DNA of 60,482 nucleotides from an uncultured Eubacteriales bacterium (GCA_900321185.1 ONVD01000024.1:1-60482); one strand, 5' to 3'. Counted from the first letter of the stretch, positions 45,682 through 55,964 are shown. Notes: generated by a model from the letters alone, not told the origin. Made by a program: numbers and translations.

Positions 45682-47826
45682 ATGATAAATATGGTTTTGA
45701 AAAGAGACGGAACATATCAGCCGTTTAACAAAAAGAAAATTGCCGATGCAATCTACAAGGCTGCAGTGGCATGTAATGGTACAAATTACGAACAAGCAGT
45801 AAAGCTTGCGAACGAAGTTGAGGAGAGGTTAAACAAAAAATATAGTGAGAACGCAACTCCAACAGTAGAGCAAGTGCAAGATATGGTGGAATATGTGTTG
45901 ATAGAGAATAAACATTCACAAACTGCAAAGGCGTATATTTTGTATCGTGAAAAGCGTCAACGTGCACGTGAGGCTAATGCATTGACTGGTGCAACCATAG
46001 ATTTGTTTGGTAGATATATCAATGATACAGACTGGCGTACTCGTGAGAATAGTAATATGAAGCGTTCGGTTGCTGGACTAAACAACTTTGTAAGGGAAGA
46101 GTTTACCAAAAATTATTGGCTTAACGAAGTTTATCCAGTGGATATCAAAGAGGCTCACTTGTCTGGTGACTTTCATATACATGATTTAGGGTTTTTTGGC
46201 GCGTATTGTGTAGGTTGGGACCTAAACCAACTTTTGACTCTAGGTTTTAGGGGTGTAGAAGGTAAAGTAAGTTCTAGCCCAGCCAAGCACCTAAGTAGCT
46301 TTTTGGGACAAATAATGAATGCAACATTCACCTTGCAAGGTGAAACTGCAGGTGCTCAAGCTTGGAGTAGTTTTGATACATATTGCGCTCCGTTTATTTA
46401 TTATGATAAGTTATCATATGATGACGTTGTACAGACGTTGCAAAGTTGGGTACATAATATGAACGTTGCTACACGTGTCGGCTTTCAGTGTCCATTTAGC
46501 AACATCACTCTAGACCTTAAGGTACCAAGATTGCTGGCAGATAGACCTGTAATAATAGGTGGAGAGCCACAAGACCGCACTTACAAAGAGTTTCAAAAAG
46601 AGATGGATTTGTTCAACCTTGCTTTTTGCGAAGTAATGATGCACGGAGACAGTGATGGCAGAATTTTTACATTCCCAATCCCTACTATCAACATCACCAA
46701 AGATACAGATTGGGATTCACCTGTAATGGACGCCATCATGAGCATGACTTGTAAGTACGGCACTCCATATTTTGCAAACTATGTGACTAGTGACCTAAGT
46801 CCCGAAGATGCCATTTCGATGTGTTGTAGACTTCGTCTAAATGTTTCAGAACTACGTAAGCGTGGAGGTGGATTGTTTGGCTCTAGCCCACTGACTGGCT
46901 CGATAGGTGTCGTAACAATCAATCTACCACGTATCGGATATTTATCCAAAACAAAAGAAGAGTTTTTTGACAGACTTGGCAAACTCGCTGATTTGGCGCA
47001 AAAGTCACTCGAAATCAAGCGTAAGGTGGTAGAAAAGCAGACAGAAAATGGACTTTACCCTTATTGTAAATTTTATTTACAGACGGTCAAAGACCGCTTT
47101 GGCAAATATTGGGCAAACCACTTTAACACTATAGGTATTATAGGTATGCATGAGGCAACATTAAACTTTCTTAATGAGCCTATCACCAGTCCAAAAGGTC
47201 AAGAATTTGCATTAGAGGTAATGGACTTTTTGCGTGCTAAAATGATTGGGTATCAACAGCAAACTGGCAATCAATACAATCTAGAGGCAACACCAGCAGA
47301 AGGTACTGCACCAAGACTGGCGAAGTTAGACAAAGCACGCTATCCCAATATTATTACATCTGGAACTGGTGAAGACGTATACTATACCAACTCTACTCAA
47401 TTGCCTGTAGACTATACTGATGATATATTCGAAGTGGTCAAGTTGCAAGATGATTTGCAATCTAAGTACACTGGTGGAACGGTTTTGCACTTGTATTTAG
47501 GACAAAAGATTGATGACATTAATACATGTAAAAACTTAATACAAAAGATATTTAACAACAACAAAATGCCATATATCAGTGTGACACCAACGTTTAGTGT
47601 TTGTCCAAAACATGGTTATCTAGCAGGTGAGCATTTTGAATGCCCAGTTTGCGGACAGCCAAGCGAGGTCTGGACACGAGTGGTAGGTTTCTTCCGTTGT
47701 GTCAAAGATTTTAGCAAGTCAAAACAAGCGGAATATCACAATCGTACTGTCTTTAAGCTACGTCCCGAGCAGGTGATGACATTGGAAGAATATCAGCAAT
47801 ATCAAAAAGAACAGATGGGAGCATAG
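45682..47826 (+). CDS. nrdD: anaerobic ribonucleoside-triphosphate reductase (class III)
   Basis: N-terminal ATP-cone (VLKRDGTYQPFNKKKI), C-terminal Zn site CPKHG...CPVCG and glycyl-radical region TRVVGFFR. Start chosen after AGGAGG. Confidence 0.92.
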   Translation: MINMVLKRDGTYQPFNKKKIADAIYKAAVACNGTNYEQAVKLANEVEERLNKKYSENATPTVEQVQDMVEYVLIENKHSQTAKAYILYREKRQRAREANALTGATIDLFGRYINDTDWRTRENSNMKRSVAGLNNFVREEFTKNYWLNEVYPVDIKEAHLSGDFHIHDLGFFGAYCVGWDLNQLLTLGFRGVEGKVSSSPAKHLSSFLGQIMNATFTLQGETAGAQAWSSFDTYCAPFIYYDKLSYDDVVQTLQSWVHNMNVATRVGFQCPFSNITLDLKVPRLLADRPVIIGGEPQDRTYKEFQKEMDLFNLAFCEVMMHGDSDGRIFTFPIPTINITKDTDWDSPVMDAIMSMTCKYGTPYFANYVTSDLSPEDAISMCCRLRLNVSELRKRGGGLFGSSPLTGSIGVVTINLPRIGYLSKTKEEFFDRLGKLADLAQKSLEIKRKVVEKQTENGLYPYCKFYLQTVKDRFGKYWANHFNTIGIIGMHEATLNFLNEPITSPKGQEFALEVMDFLRAKMIGYQQQTGNQYNLEATPAEGTAPRLAKLDKARYPNIITSGTGEDVYYTNSTQLPVDYTDDIFEVVKLQDDLQSKYTGGTVLHLYLGQKIDDINTCKNLIQKIFNNNKMPYISVTPTFSVCPKHGYLAGEHFECPVCGQPSEVWTRVVGFFRCVKDFSKSKQAEYHNRTVFKLRPEQVMTLEEYQQYQKEQMGA

Positions 47827-47828
47827 TT

Positions 47829-48497
47829 TTGCAAATTCATAATTTAGTTAAGACATCATTAATAGATTATCCTGGCAAAATTTCGTGTGTTGTGTTTACT
47901 CAAGGTTGTATGTGGCGATGTTGGTACTGCCAAAATACAGAGTTATTGCCAACAGTTGAGGGGCAAATTTTGGAGGAAGACGTACTGGATTTTTTGTCTA
48001 CACGCAAAGGCATGCTTGATGGAGTTGTGATTTGTGGTGGTGAACCAACCATGCAACCCGACCTAGAAGGGTTTATCAGCAAAATAAAAAAATTAGGTTT
48101 TTGTGTCAAGTTGGATACTAACGGCACCAACCCACAAGTTTTGGATAAACTCTTAAATGATAAATTGCTAGATTATGTTGCAATGGATATCAAAGCACCA
48201 TTACAGGACTATACAAAAGTCGCTAGCGTGCCTGTCAATCTAGATAATATTCAAACATCAATAAACATATTACATGATTGTAAGATTGATTACGAATTTC
48301 GCACAACTGCAATTCCTACATTAAGTAAAAGTGACTTTTTGGATATTGCAAAGTTTATTGCAGGCGCACCAGCATACTACATTCAACATTTTGTCAAACC
48401 TAAAAACTATAATCGCCCAGAGAAACTTTGGGATGACGCCAGTCTTATGGATATCGTAAGAGACTGTAATAAATATGTACCCACAAAACTCAGATAA
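47829..48497 (+). CDS. nrdG: anaerobic ribonucleotide reductase activating protein (radical SAM)
   Basis: TTG start 7 nt after GGGAG. CMWRCWYC (CX3CX2C), GVVICGGEP. Adjacent to nrdD. Confidence 0.88.
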   Translation: MQIHNLVKTSLIDYPGKISCVVFTQGCMWRCWYCQNTELLPTVEGQILEEDVLDFLSTRKGMLDGVVICGGEPTMQPDLEGFISKIKKLGFCVKLDTNGTNPQVLDKLLNDKLLDYVAMDIKAPLQDYTKVASVPVNLDNIQTSINILHDCKIDYEFRTTAIPTLSKSDFLDIAKFIAGAPAYYIQHFVKPKNYNRPEKLWDDASLMDIVRDCNKYVPTKLR

Positions 48498-48588
48498 GTA
48501 TTTAGCATTAAAATTAGAATTATTATATTAATTTAATTGCAAAGATACTAAAAATATGATATCATTAATCTTAACAGTTTTGAGGTGA

Positions 48589-49110
48589 ATGATGAAATCA
48601 AACATTGCACTTATTTGCTTATTTAACAACTATTCCCAAAATGTTTCAAAACTATTGGGTGACAAACTAGATATGTTTTATGTCGATGTAGAGGATATGC
48701 TCGATTTTGAGTTGGGAGACATCGAACATGTCAAAAATGTTTTAGGTGACAAAGAGGGTGAGGCATACATTAAAAAGAGCCGTAACAAAGTGCTTGACAC
48801 AGTTTGTTCATTTGAAAACACTGTCATCACTATTGACCCATTGTTATTGTTTGCAAAAGATAATTATAAAAAAGTTTCAAACACCTGTGTCATAGTTTAT
48901 TTGCAAATTAGCCCAAAGTTTTTTGCCAGTCGCGCAAAGTCAAGTCGTGATGTTATTCCGAATGATATTTTGGGCATTGCATTTGCTGAACGAGACAAAC
49001 AATATGTGGCAAAATCTGATATTGTAGTTGATTGTAGCAAACTAAAAGAGTCCAAAGCAACCAAAAAAATTGTTTCGCAAATTTTAAAAATATACAAATC
49101 AAAAAATTAA
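48589..49110 (+). CDS. shikimate-kinase-fold protein lacking the P-loop
   Basis: Collinear by eye with AroK (NIALIC....VSKLLGDKLDMFYVDVEDML; VIVYLQISPKFFASR; SDIVVDCS). Walker A GxxGxGK[ST] is replaced by CLFNNYSQ. Confidence 0.5.
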   Translation: MMKSNIALICLFNNYSQNVSKLLGDKLDMFYVDVEDMLDFELGDIEHVKNVLGDKEGEAYIKKSRNKVLDTVCSFENTVITIDPLLLFAKDNYKKVSNTCVIVYLQISPKFFASRAKSSRDVIPNDILGIAFAERDKQYVAKSDIVVDCSKLKESKATKKIVSQILKIYKSKN

Positions 49111-49118
49111 TATTAAAA

Positions 49119-49145
49119 AGATAGCAAAACGCTATCTTTTTGTTT
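49119..49145 (+). terminator. terminator after the SK-like gene
   Basis: AGATAGC-aaaac-GCTATCT followed by a T-run. Confidence 0.7.
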
Positions 49146-49193
49146 GTTTTTTTGACATTTTTAGATATAATTAGCAAGAGAGGTAAGTTTGTT

Positions 49194-51158
49194 ATGTCAA
49201 TAGAACAAGATTCTGTCAATACAATTAAAAAACTAGCACTTGAGATGATTTGTCGAGCCGAGAGTGGACATTGTGGTTCAGCACTGGACTGTGCTCCTAT
49301 TTTGTACGCAATCTACCGTGAGGCAAATGTTGCAACCAAAGACCAACTGTATCTCAACCGTGACCGCATAGTATTATCCAACGGTCACGCTTGTGCATCA
49401 CTTTATGCAATATTACATTTATTTAACTTTGGTTTGACTATAGACGACCTAAAAGATTTTCGCGTTTTGGGTTCTTTTACTCCAGGTCATCCTGAACTTG
49501 TGACCAATGGTGTTGATTGTGCTACGGGGCTTTTGGGACAAGGATGTGCCAATGCTGTGGGTTTTGCTTTGGCAGAATCTATTTTACGAGCGAAGTACAA
49601 CCGTCCAAGATTTAAGATATTTGACCATTACACCTACCTTGTTTGTGGTGACGGCGATCTAATGGAAGGTGTTAGTTTTGAGAGTTTTGCCCTCGCTGGT
49701 AAATGGGGACTAAACAAACTTATCACGATTTATAACAAAAATGATATGACAATTGATGGTAGTCTAAATATGGTATCCAGTGAGGATGTCAAACAAAGGT
49801 TTGTGTCACAAGGCTTTAATGTCTTGGAATGTGACAACTCAGTTGCCAAGCTCATACCTGCTATTGAGCAAGCAAAAACAAGTGACAAGCCAACCATTAT
49901 CATTAGTCATACCAAAATAGCACAAGGCACTATGTATGAAAACAGTCCACTAGCGCATGGGCATTGCTTTAATTCTCGAGATGTAGTTAGATTGTGTAAA
50001 TTGTGGCAATTGGACACCGAACCATTTAAAGTAAAGTTAGATGTTTACAAACATTTTAGAGAACTCGAAAATAGTGCAAACAAAAAATATGACAAGTGGT
50101 GTGCGTTATTAAAAAAATACAAGTTAAAATATCATAAAGCATATAATGATTTGTTTTCTGACAAACAAAAAACTATTCTCAAGGCGCTTAATGTTAAATT
50201 TAACAAGTTACCATTGAGCACTATGACCGCCAATCATCAATTATTGCAAGCATATGCTCATGCTGATACTAATTTTGTTGGTGGTTGTGCTGATTTGGCA
50301 AAAAGCACCCTTTGTAAGATTGATTTAGGTGGACAATATTCGGTTAAAAAACAGGATGCCAAGAATATAGCTTTTGGTGTGAGAGAAAGTGCAATGGGCG
50401 GAATAATGAATGGTCTGGTGTTACATGGCGGACTAAAAGGTTTTGTGTCTACTTTTTTAACCTTTAGTGATTATATGCGCCCTGGTATTCGCATGAGTGC
50501 AATCATGAACGTACCTTTGTTGTATATTTTTACACATGATAGCATCAGTCTTGGACAAGATGGAACAACGCATCAACCAGTAGAACAACTTGAGTCTCTG
50601 CGTATTATGCCAAGTGTGATGGTATTTAGACCAGCAGATGCTAATGAAACTAAGTTTGGATACATGTGGTACGCAAAAAATCAAGTGCCTACGATTTTGT
50701 GTTTATCAAAAGTAGAAATAGAGCCAAACAAGCATGTAACATACAAAGATTTTGCACGTGGTGCATATATCTACAGCAGAGAAAAGGATACTACACTAAA
50801 TGCTATTTTGGTTGCTACTGGTAGTGAGATAGACGTCGCTTTGCGTGCAAAAAAACTGCTTGAATACAAAGGTTATTCGGTTAGGTTAGTTAGTATACCG
50901 TGTCGGGAATTGTTTGAACGTCAAGATGAAGATTACAAATCAACAGTTTTACCAACTGATTTTCCAACGAAAGTTTCTGTTGAGGCAGGTGTTACACGTG
51001 GCTGGGATAGTTTGACTGGTAGATTTGGTAAGAGTGTAGGGGTGAACACATTCGGTGAGAGCGGAACAACTGCAGAGTTGTATGATTTGTTTGGGCTTAC
51101 GGCAGTAAATATCGCAAACATAACAATTGATTTAATCAACAAGAACAAGACGTACTAG
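49194..51158 (+). CDS. tkt: transketolase
   Basis: Start trimmed to MSIEQDSVN after AGAGAGG. SGHCGSALD, GDGDLMEG, and the THDSISLGQDGTTHQPVE motif. Confidence 0.95.
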   Translation: MSIEQDSVNTIKKLALEMICRAESGHCGSALDCAPILYAIYREANVATKDQLYLNRDRIVLSNGHACASLYAILHLFNFGLTIDDLKDFRVLGSFTPGHPELVTNGVDCATGLLGQGCANAVGFALAESILRAKYNRPRFKIFDHYTYLVCGDGDLMEGVSFESFALAGKWGLNKLITIYNKNDMTIDGSLNMVSSEDVKQRFVSQGFNVLECDNSVAKLIPAIEQAKTSDKPTIIISHTKIAQGTMYENSPLAHGHCFNSRDVVRLCKLWQLDTEPFKVKLDVYKHFRELENSANKKYDKWCALLKKYKLKYHKAYNDLFSDKQKTILKALNVKFNKLPLSTMTANHQLLQAYAHADTNFVGGCADLAKSTLCKIDLGGQYSVKKQDAKNIAFGVRESAMGGIMNGLVLHGGLKGFVSTFLTFSDYMRPGIRMSAIMNVPLLYIFTHDSISLGQDGTTHQPVEQLESLRIMPSVMVFRPADANETKFGYMWYAKNQVPTILCLSKVEIEPNKHVTYKDFARGAYIYSREKDTTLNAILVATGSEIDVALRAKKLLEYKGYSVRLVSIPCRELFERQDEDYKSTVLPTDFPTKVSVEAGVTRGWDSLTGRFGKSVGVNTFGESGTTAELYDLFGLTAVNIANITIDLINKNKTY

Positions 51159-51181
51159 GTGATAGTATTTATAAAATTATG

Positions 51182-51211
51182 CGTAAAATTATGTGATTTT
51201 ACGTTTTTTTT
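51182..51211 (+). terminator. terminator after tkt
   Basis: CGTAAAAT-tatgtg-ATTTTACG followed by TTTTTTTT. Confidence 0.75.
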
Positions 51212-51259
51212 GATTTTGTTTGCTCAAATAGGGAATACTTTATTCTGAGGTGATTTGTT

Positions 51260-51508
51260 ATGCGTAAACCTAATATGTCTTTGCAAAAGATAAAAGAAGA
51301 AATTATGGCACTAAAGGGTAAACCGATAGATATGGCGGTAAACAATGGGCGCAAAAAAATTGTACATTACGAAGGAGTGGTAGAAAATATCTATCAGAGC
51401 GTTTTTGTTGTAAAAATTGAAAATGATGCTAATATTGACAAAAAATCATATAGTTTTAGCGAAGTTTTGTGTGGTGATGTAAAAATTGAACTAAAACAAG
51501 GTGCATAA
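51260..51508 (+). CDS. veg: Veg family protein
   Basis: 82 aa, collinear with B. subtilis Veg (SLQKIKEEI..LKGKPIDMAVNNGRKK...GVVENIYQSVFVVKIE...SYSFSEVL). Confidence 0.8.
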   Translation: MRKPNMSLQKIKEEIMALKGKPIDMAVNNGRKKIVHYEGVVENIYQSVFVVKIENDANIDKKSYSFSEVLCGDVKIELKQGA

Positions 51509-51568
51509 TGCATAAAACGTAATTTTGCTTAATAAAATAGTTTCAATCAAAGTTTTAGGAGGATTTTA

Positions 51569-53086
51569 ATGGCTCTTACACCAAATTGTAAACAAGTCGA
51601 TGCAAAATTACGCAAGTTTTTGTCTACCGAAAATGTTACTATACCTGTAAATATTGTATCTAATGGATTTAGCATTAAGCAAGTATTGTCCATAAATGCT
51701 TTGCCAAGTGTCCAAAACGTTGTATCAACCAATGGCAACGCTGATGTCAGTGGAAATATCGCTATCAAAGTTTTAGTATTAAATGAGGATAAAGAATATC
51801 GAGTCCTGCAAGAAAGTGTTACCTTTAATGTTCATTTGCAAGATGTAGACATTCTGGAAAACTCAAAAATATTTACTATTCCAAAGTTATTAGAGGTTAG
51901 GAGTATTGTTGCTAACGAAAATAATGTTTCTTTTAACGTAGTTGTAGGGCTAACTAGCTATTTAGTGAAGTCTCAAAATTTTGGTTATATAGAGAGTATA
52001 GATACCTTGGCTCAACAAAAATATAATACTATAGAATATTCAGATGTCACTACCAACTTAAGTCAAAATTTTGAACTATCGACTGAAGTAAATCTTCCTA
52101 ACAATGCCTCTAATATTTTATTTATGGGAGGTAATGCAGTATTAGATAATTGTATATCTAATACTGATATTATCACACTCAATGGTAAGATTTTTGCGAG
52201 TGTGATATATCTAACCAATGAAGAAACACCAAAATTAAAGAGTCAAAACTATACGATTGAGTTTAATCAAGAAGTTTTAGCAACTGGTGTAACGAACGAA
52301 GCTCAAACCGTGGCAAATATAACACTTAGTGGTTTGTCTTATGAAGTGCAAGGAGAGTTGAGTGGCTCCAAAGGAGTTTTGGTTGTCAAATCTACTTTAG
52401 ATGCCAATATTCTTGCTTGTCAAAAGCACACAATAGAAAGTGTAGCGGATGCATTTTGCCCAAAATACAGTTTAAATTTTCAGACGTCCAACTTTTTGAC
52501 CCAAAACAATATCCTGGAGAATTTATCCGAAAAAGTGGATGGTAGTCTAACTTTATCTAATGATGTTCGTATAGACAAGATTTTGTGTGTATCTAATACT
52601 TACACAACACATACAATAACTAAGAGTGAGCAAGGTTTTGTACTAAATGGTATAGTTTTTGCTAATGTAATCTACCAATTAGATGATGATAATAATACAG
52701 TAGGAGCAATTTTGGCAGAACTTCCATTTACCAAAACTTTGGATAACCAAAGTAATGACGTTGATGATGTTAATATTTGCGTTAAAGAGATTGAAGCACG
52801 TAGTAAACGCGTAAAAGATATTGATATTCAAGCAGATTTAGTTTTGACGATTAATTATTCGCAAAACATTAGTCAATCAATCATAAGCAACGTGAGTCTA
52901 GGAGATAAATTACAAGAGACTTACAAACCACTTGGTGTGTATATAGTAAATAATGTCAGCGAATTGTGGGATGTAGCAAAGTCATTGCGAATAAGTCCCG
53001 AAGTGGTTATGGCCCAAAATCCCAATTTGACTTTTCCAATTACTCAGCCTACTAATATACTAATTTATAGACAACGTATGCAATAG
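51569..53086 (+). CDS. SipL/SpoVID-like spore morphogenesis protein candidate (repeated beta-rich domains + C-terminal LysM-like domain)
   Basis: 505 aa, N/S/T/V-rich and repetitive like DUF3794/SPOCS proteins. The C-terminal ~45 aa (YIVNNVSELWDVAKSLRISPEVVMAQNPNL...NILIY) fits the LysM pattern. Lies just upstream of spoIIR-sleB-ypeB. Confidence 0.45.
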   Translation: MALTPNCKQVDAKLRKFLSTENVTIPVNIVSNGFSIKQVLSINALPSVQNVVSTNGNADVSGNIAIKVLVLNEDKEYRVLQESVTFNVHLQDVDILENSKIFTIPKLLEVRSIVANENNVSFNVVVGLTSYLVKSQNFGYIESIDTLAQQKYNTIEYSDVTTNLSQNFELSTEVNLPNNASNILFMGGNAVLDNCISNTDIITLNGKIFASVIYLTNEETPKLKSQNYTIEFNQEVLATGVTNEAQTVANITLSGLSYEVQGELSGSKGVLVVKSTLDANILACQKHTIESVADAFCPKYSLNFQTSNFLTQNNILENLSEKVDGSLTLSNDVRIDKILCVSNTYTTHTITKSEQGFVLNGIVFANVIYQLDDDNNTVGAILAELPFTKTLDNQSNDVDDVNICVKEIEARSKRVKDIDIQADLVLTINYSQNISQSIISNVSLGDKLQETYKPLGVYIVNNVSELWDVAKSLRISPEVVMAQNPNLTFPITQPTNILIYRQRMQ

Positions 53087-53099
53087 TAAATGAAAATAG

Positions 53100-53135
53100 A
53101 GTACTATGCATACTGTTTCAATTAGTACTATGCAC
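53100..53135. repeat. GTACTATGCA-family repeat, locus C (two direct copies 24 nt apart)
   Basis: AGTACTATGCATACTGTTTCAATTAGTACTATGCAC. Lies between the SipL-like gene and spoIIR. Confidence 0.85.
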
Positions 53136-53244
53136 TCAATATTTGAGTTTTTAATAATATTATAATAAAATGTCAAGATTCGCTTGGCATTTTTTGTTTA
53201 TTTTAAAAATTAATGTGAATAATTTTTGAAAAGGAGTAGATTAT

Positions 53245-53802
53245 ATGAATGTAAAGGTAATTATTAGTTTTGTACTATGTTTGTCTTTATTTGGATTATT
53301 TGTATATGTTTTACCTCACGAGCAAGATAACAAATCTGATTTTAACAATGAGTTTTTAAGGGTACATATTAGAGCAAACTCAAATGATACGATTGACCAA
53401 GAAGTTAAATACAAAGTAAAAGATGCTATTGTGCAGTTCTTAACTCCTTTGTTGTGTAACGTGACCGACAAGCAATCTGCTATGCAGATTGTGGCGAATA
53501 ATTTATCTAATATAGAATCAGTTGCTAATACTGTGTTACGAACAGAGGGCTTTTGCTATACTAGCAATGCTAGTCTAAAGACTGAAGAGTTTCCGACACG
53601 CACTTATCAAGATTTAACCTTGCCCTCTGGAGTGTATGATAGCTTGATTGTTAACCTTGGTACAGGTACAGGAAATAATTGGTGGTGTGTCGTGTATCCG
53701 CCTCTGTGTTTTGTAAATACAGATAATTCAAGTAATGTAACATACAAGTCAAAATTAGTTGAGATTATCAATTCGTTTTGGAGGAAATACGATGCAAAAT
53801 AA
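53245..53802 (+). CDS. spoIIR: stage II sporulation protein R
   Basis: Signal anchor, then LRVHIRANSNDTIDQEVKYKVKDAI and GTGNNWWCVVYPPLCF, both SpoIIR signatures. Confidence 0.88.
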   Translation: MNVKVIISFVLCLSLFGLFVYVLPHEQDNKSDFNNEFLRVHIRANSNDTIDQEVKYKVKDAIVQFLTPLLCNVTDKQSAMQIVANNLSNIESVANTVLRTEGFCYTSNASLKTEEFPTRTYQDLTLPSGVYDSLIVNLGTGTGNNWWCVVYPPLCFVNTDNSSNVTYKSKLVEIINSFWRKYDAK

Positions 53803-54496
53803 ATTACTTGCAAAAAAATTGGTGATGACATTAGTATTGCTTGCTTGTATAACTACTGGAATATTAGGTTTAACATTGCCTATACATGATAATTTAGATA
53901 GTATTGAATATCAAGAAGTGTTACAGACTGCTTTAACGACTTCGCAAGTTAAGACTGTACAAACAAAATTAAAAAAATGGGGTTATTATACTGGTGTAGT
54001 AGACGGTATATATGGTACAAAAACTAAAACCGCGGTAAGAAATTTTCAAAAAAAGAACGGTTTAACTGCTGATGGTATAGTGGGTACCAAGACTGCTGCT
54101 GCATTAGGAATGTCATTATCTAAGAGTAGCTCATCGACACAAAATAGTGGCGATTTGTACAACTTAGCAAAATGTATTTATGCCGAAGCTCGTGGTGAAC
54201 CATATGCTGGGCAAGTGGCAGTTGGAGCAGTTATACTCAATCGAGTGAAATCTAGTAAATTTCCTAATACTATATACGGGGTTATTTATCAACCATATGC
54301 GTTCACATGCGTAAGTGACGGACAAATAAATCTAGAGCCAAATCAGACTGCCTATAATGCTGCTCGAGACGCTATGAATGGTTGGGACCCAAGTTATGGT
54401 GCATTGTATTATTACAATCCAGCTACAGCCAAAAGTTCGTGGATTTGGTCTCGAAAAATACTTGTGACAATAGGTAAACATAATTTTGCAATATAG
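53792..54496 (+). CDS. sleB: spore cortex-lytic enzyme SleB family (PG-binding domain + Hydrolase_2)
   Basis: Start trimmed to MQNKLL after GGAGG, overlapping spoIIR by 11 nt. VQTKLKKWGYYTGVVDGIYGTKTKTAVRNFQKKNGLTADGIVG, then AKCIYAEARGEPYAGQVAVGAVILNRV...PYAFTC. Confidence 0.88.
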   Translation: MQNKLLAKKLVMTLVLLACITTGILGLTLPIHDNLDSIEYQEVLQTALTTSQVKTVQTKLKKWGYYTGVVDGIYGTKTKTAVRNFQKKNGLTADGIVGTKTAAALGMSLSKSSSSTQNSGDLYNLAKCIYAEARGEPYAGQVAVGAVILNRVKSSKFPNTIYGVIYQPYAFTCVSDGQINLEPNQTAYNAARDAMNGWDPSYGALYYYNPATAKSSWIWSRKILVTIGKHNFAI

Positions 54497-54505
54497 AGGT
54501 AAAAA

Positions 54506-55834
54506 ATGAAGAAAATAACTATTATTATCACATCTGTTGTGTTGGGTATCGTTGGAACAGTTGCAGGAACAATAATGTATTTTGGCAAAGTTAACGAGGC
54601 AAATGATTACAAATCAAAATTAGAATACGTCTATCAGCAAAATTTTTATGAATTGGTTGATAATGTGAATAATATTGAGTCTAATCTATCAAAATTAACT
54701 GTTTCAACGAACGCTTCACAACAAAATGATTATTTATCAAAAGTTTCTACGCTTGCTAATAATGCCCAAAATAATATTAGCGTATTACCTATTGAACATA
54801 ACGCTATTAATGAGACTATCACGTATCTAAATCAATTAGGTGGTTACACAAGTACATTACAACAAGAATTGATATCACAAAAAAATATTGATATGGACCA
54901 AATGTCACAATTGGATGACCTATTAACTACTAGTAAAACTGTCAAACAAGAGCTTAACAAATTGTCAGTTTTAATAAGTAGCAATGATTATAGTATTACT
55001 GATAATCTATCAGACCCTAATCAAAATGCTAGCAAGTTTAACAATGAGTGGGCGAATTTTAATAACGGTACGATAGAATATCCGCAATTAATTTATGATG
55101 GACCTTTTAGTGATAGTGTTATCCACAAAGAGATAAAAGGACTATCAGACAAAGAATTAACAGAAGCAGAGGTTAATGTAAAATTAAGACAATGGTTTGA
55201 CGAAAGTAGTATTAAGTATATTGGTAAAACAAGCGGAGGAGATTTTGATACTTACAATTACACCTTAACTGACGGCACTAATGAATACTATGCACAAGTC
55301 TCAGTACGTGATGGCATTCTACTACAACTTAACAGTGGACAAGAATCAAATGAGCAAAACTATACCGAAGAGGAATGTTGTGTACTCGCTCTACAGTTTG
55401 CTAAAAATCTAGGATTAGAGAATATGGAGGTCGTTTGGGATACCGAAAGTGATAACTTTACTTATGTAAATCTTGCGCCTACACAAAGTGATGTAATACT
55501 TTATCCTGATGAAATAAAAGTGAAAGTTTCCAACTCTACAGGTAAGGTGATAGGTTGGGAGGCAAAAAGTTGGGCATACAACCACACCGTCCGCAAAAAC
55601 CTAGAGCCAAGTATCACAAGTGCGGAAGCACAAAAAAGTGTAGCAAGTTCGATGGATGTACGTACTACAAAATTAACTGTTATACCTAATGAGTTTACTG
55701 GTGAGACCTTATGTTGGGAGTTTATGTGCGCATATGAGGGTAGTACTTATTATGTGTATATAGATGCAAAAACAGGCTTGCAAACTCAAATCTTAAAGGT
55801 AATAGAGACAGACGATGCGAATTTACTTATGTAG
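54506..55834 (+). CDS. ypeB: germination protein YpeB
   Basis: N-terminal TM, then YQQNFYELVDNVNNIESNLSK like B. subtilis YpeB. C-terminal PepSY-like repeats. Directly after sleB, as in Bacillus. Confidence 0.82.
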   Translation: MKKITIIITSVVLGIVGTVAGTIMYFGKVNEANDYKSKLEYVYQQNFYELVDNVNNIESNLSKLTVSTNASQQNDYLSKVSTLANNAQNNISVLPIEHNAINETITYLNQLGGYTSTLQQELISQKNIDMDQMSQLDDLLTTSKTVKQELNKLSVLISSNDYSITDNLSDPNQNASKFNNEWANFNNGTIEYPQLIYDGPFSDSVIHKEIKGLSDKELTEAEVNVKLRQWFDESSIKYIGKTSGGDFDTYNYTLTDGTNEYYAQVSVRDGILLQLNSGQESNEQNYTEEECCVLALQFAKNLGLENMEVVWDTESDNFTYVNLAPTQSDVILYPDEIKVKVSNSTGKVIGWEAKSWAYNHTVRKNLEPSITSAEAQKSVASSMDVRTTKLTVIPNEFTGETLCWEFMCAYEGSTYYVYIDAKTGLQTQILKVIETDDANLLM

Positions 55835-55906
55835 TGCATAGTACCCAAAAGTATAGCATTAATAGGAAAAAGTATTCGTAAAAAAGTGCATAGTACTATG
55901 CGTAGT
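55834..55906. repeat. GTACTATGCA-family repeat, locus D (two copies)
   Basis: GTGCATAGTACC at 55834-55845 overlaps the ypeB stop by 1 nt. GTGCATAGTACTATGCGTAGT lies at 55886-55906. Confidence 0.85.
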
Positions 55907-55934
55907 TCTGGTATAATATTAAGCACAAAATCAA

Positions 55935-55964
55935 ATAGGGGCGTTTTAGTAACGCCTCTATTTT
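55935..55964 (+). terminator. terminator after ypeB (overlaps the mnmA stop)
   Basis: ATAGGGGCGTT-ttagt-AACGCCTCTAT followed by TTT. One G-T pair in the stem. Confidence 0.7.
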
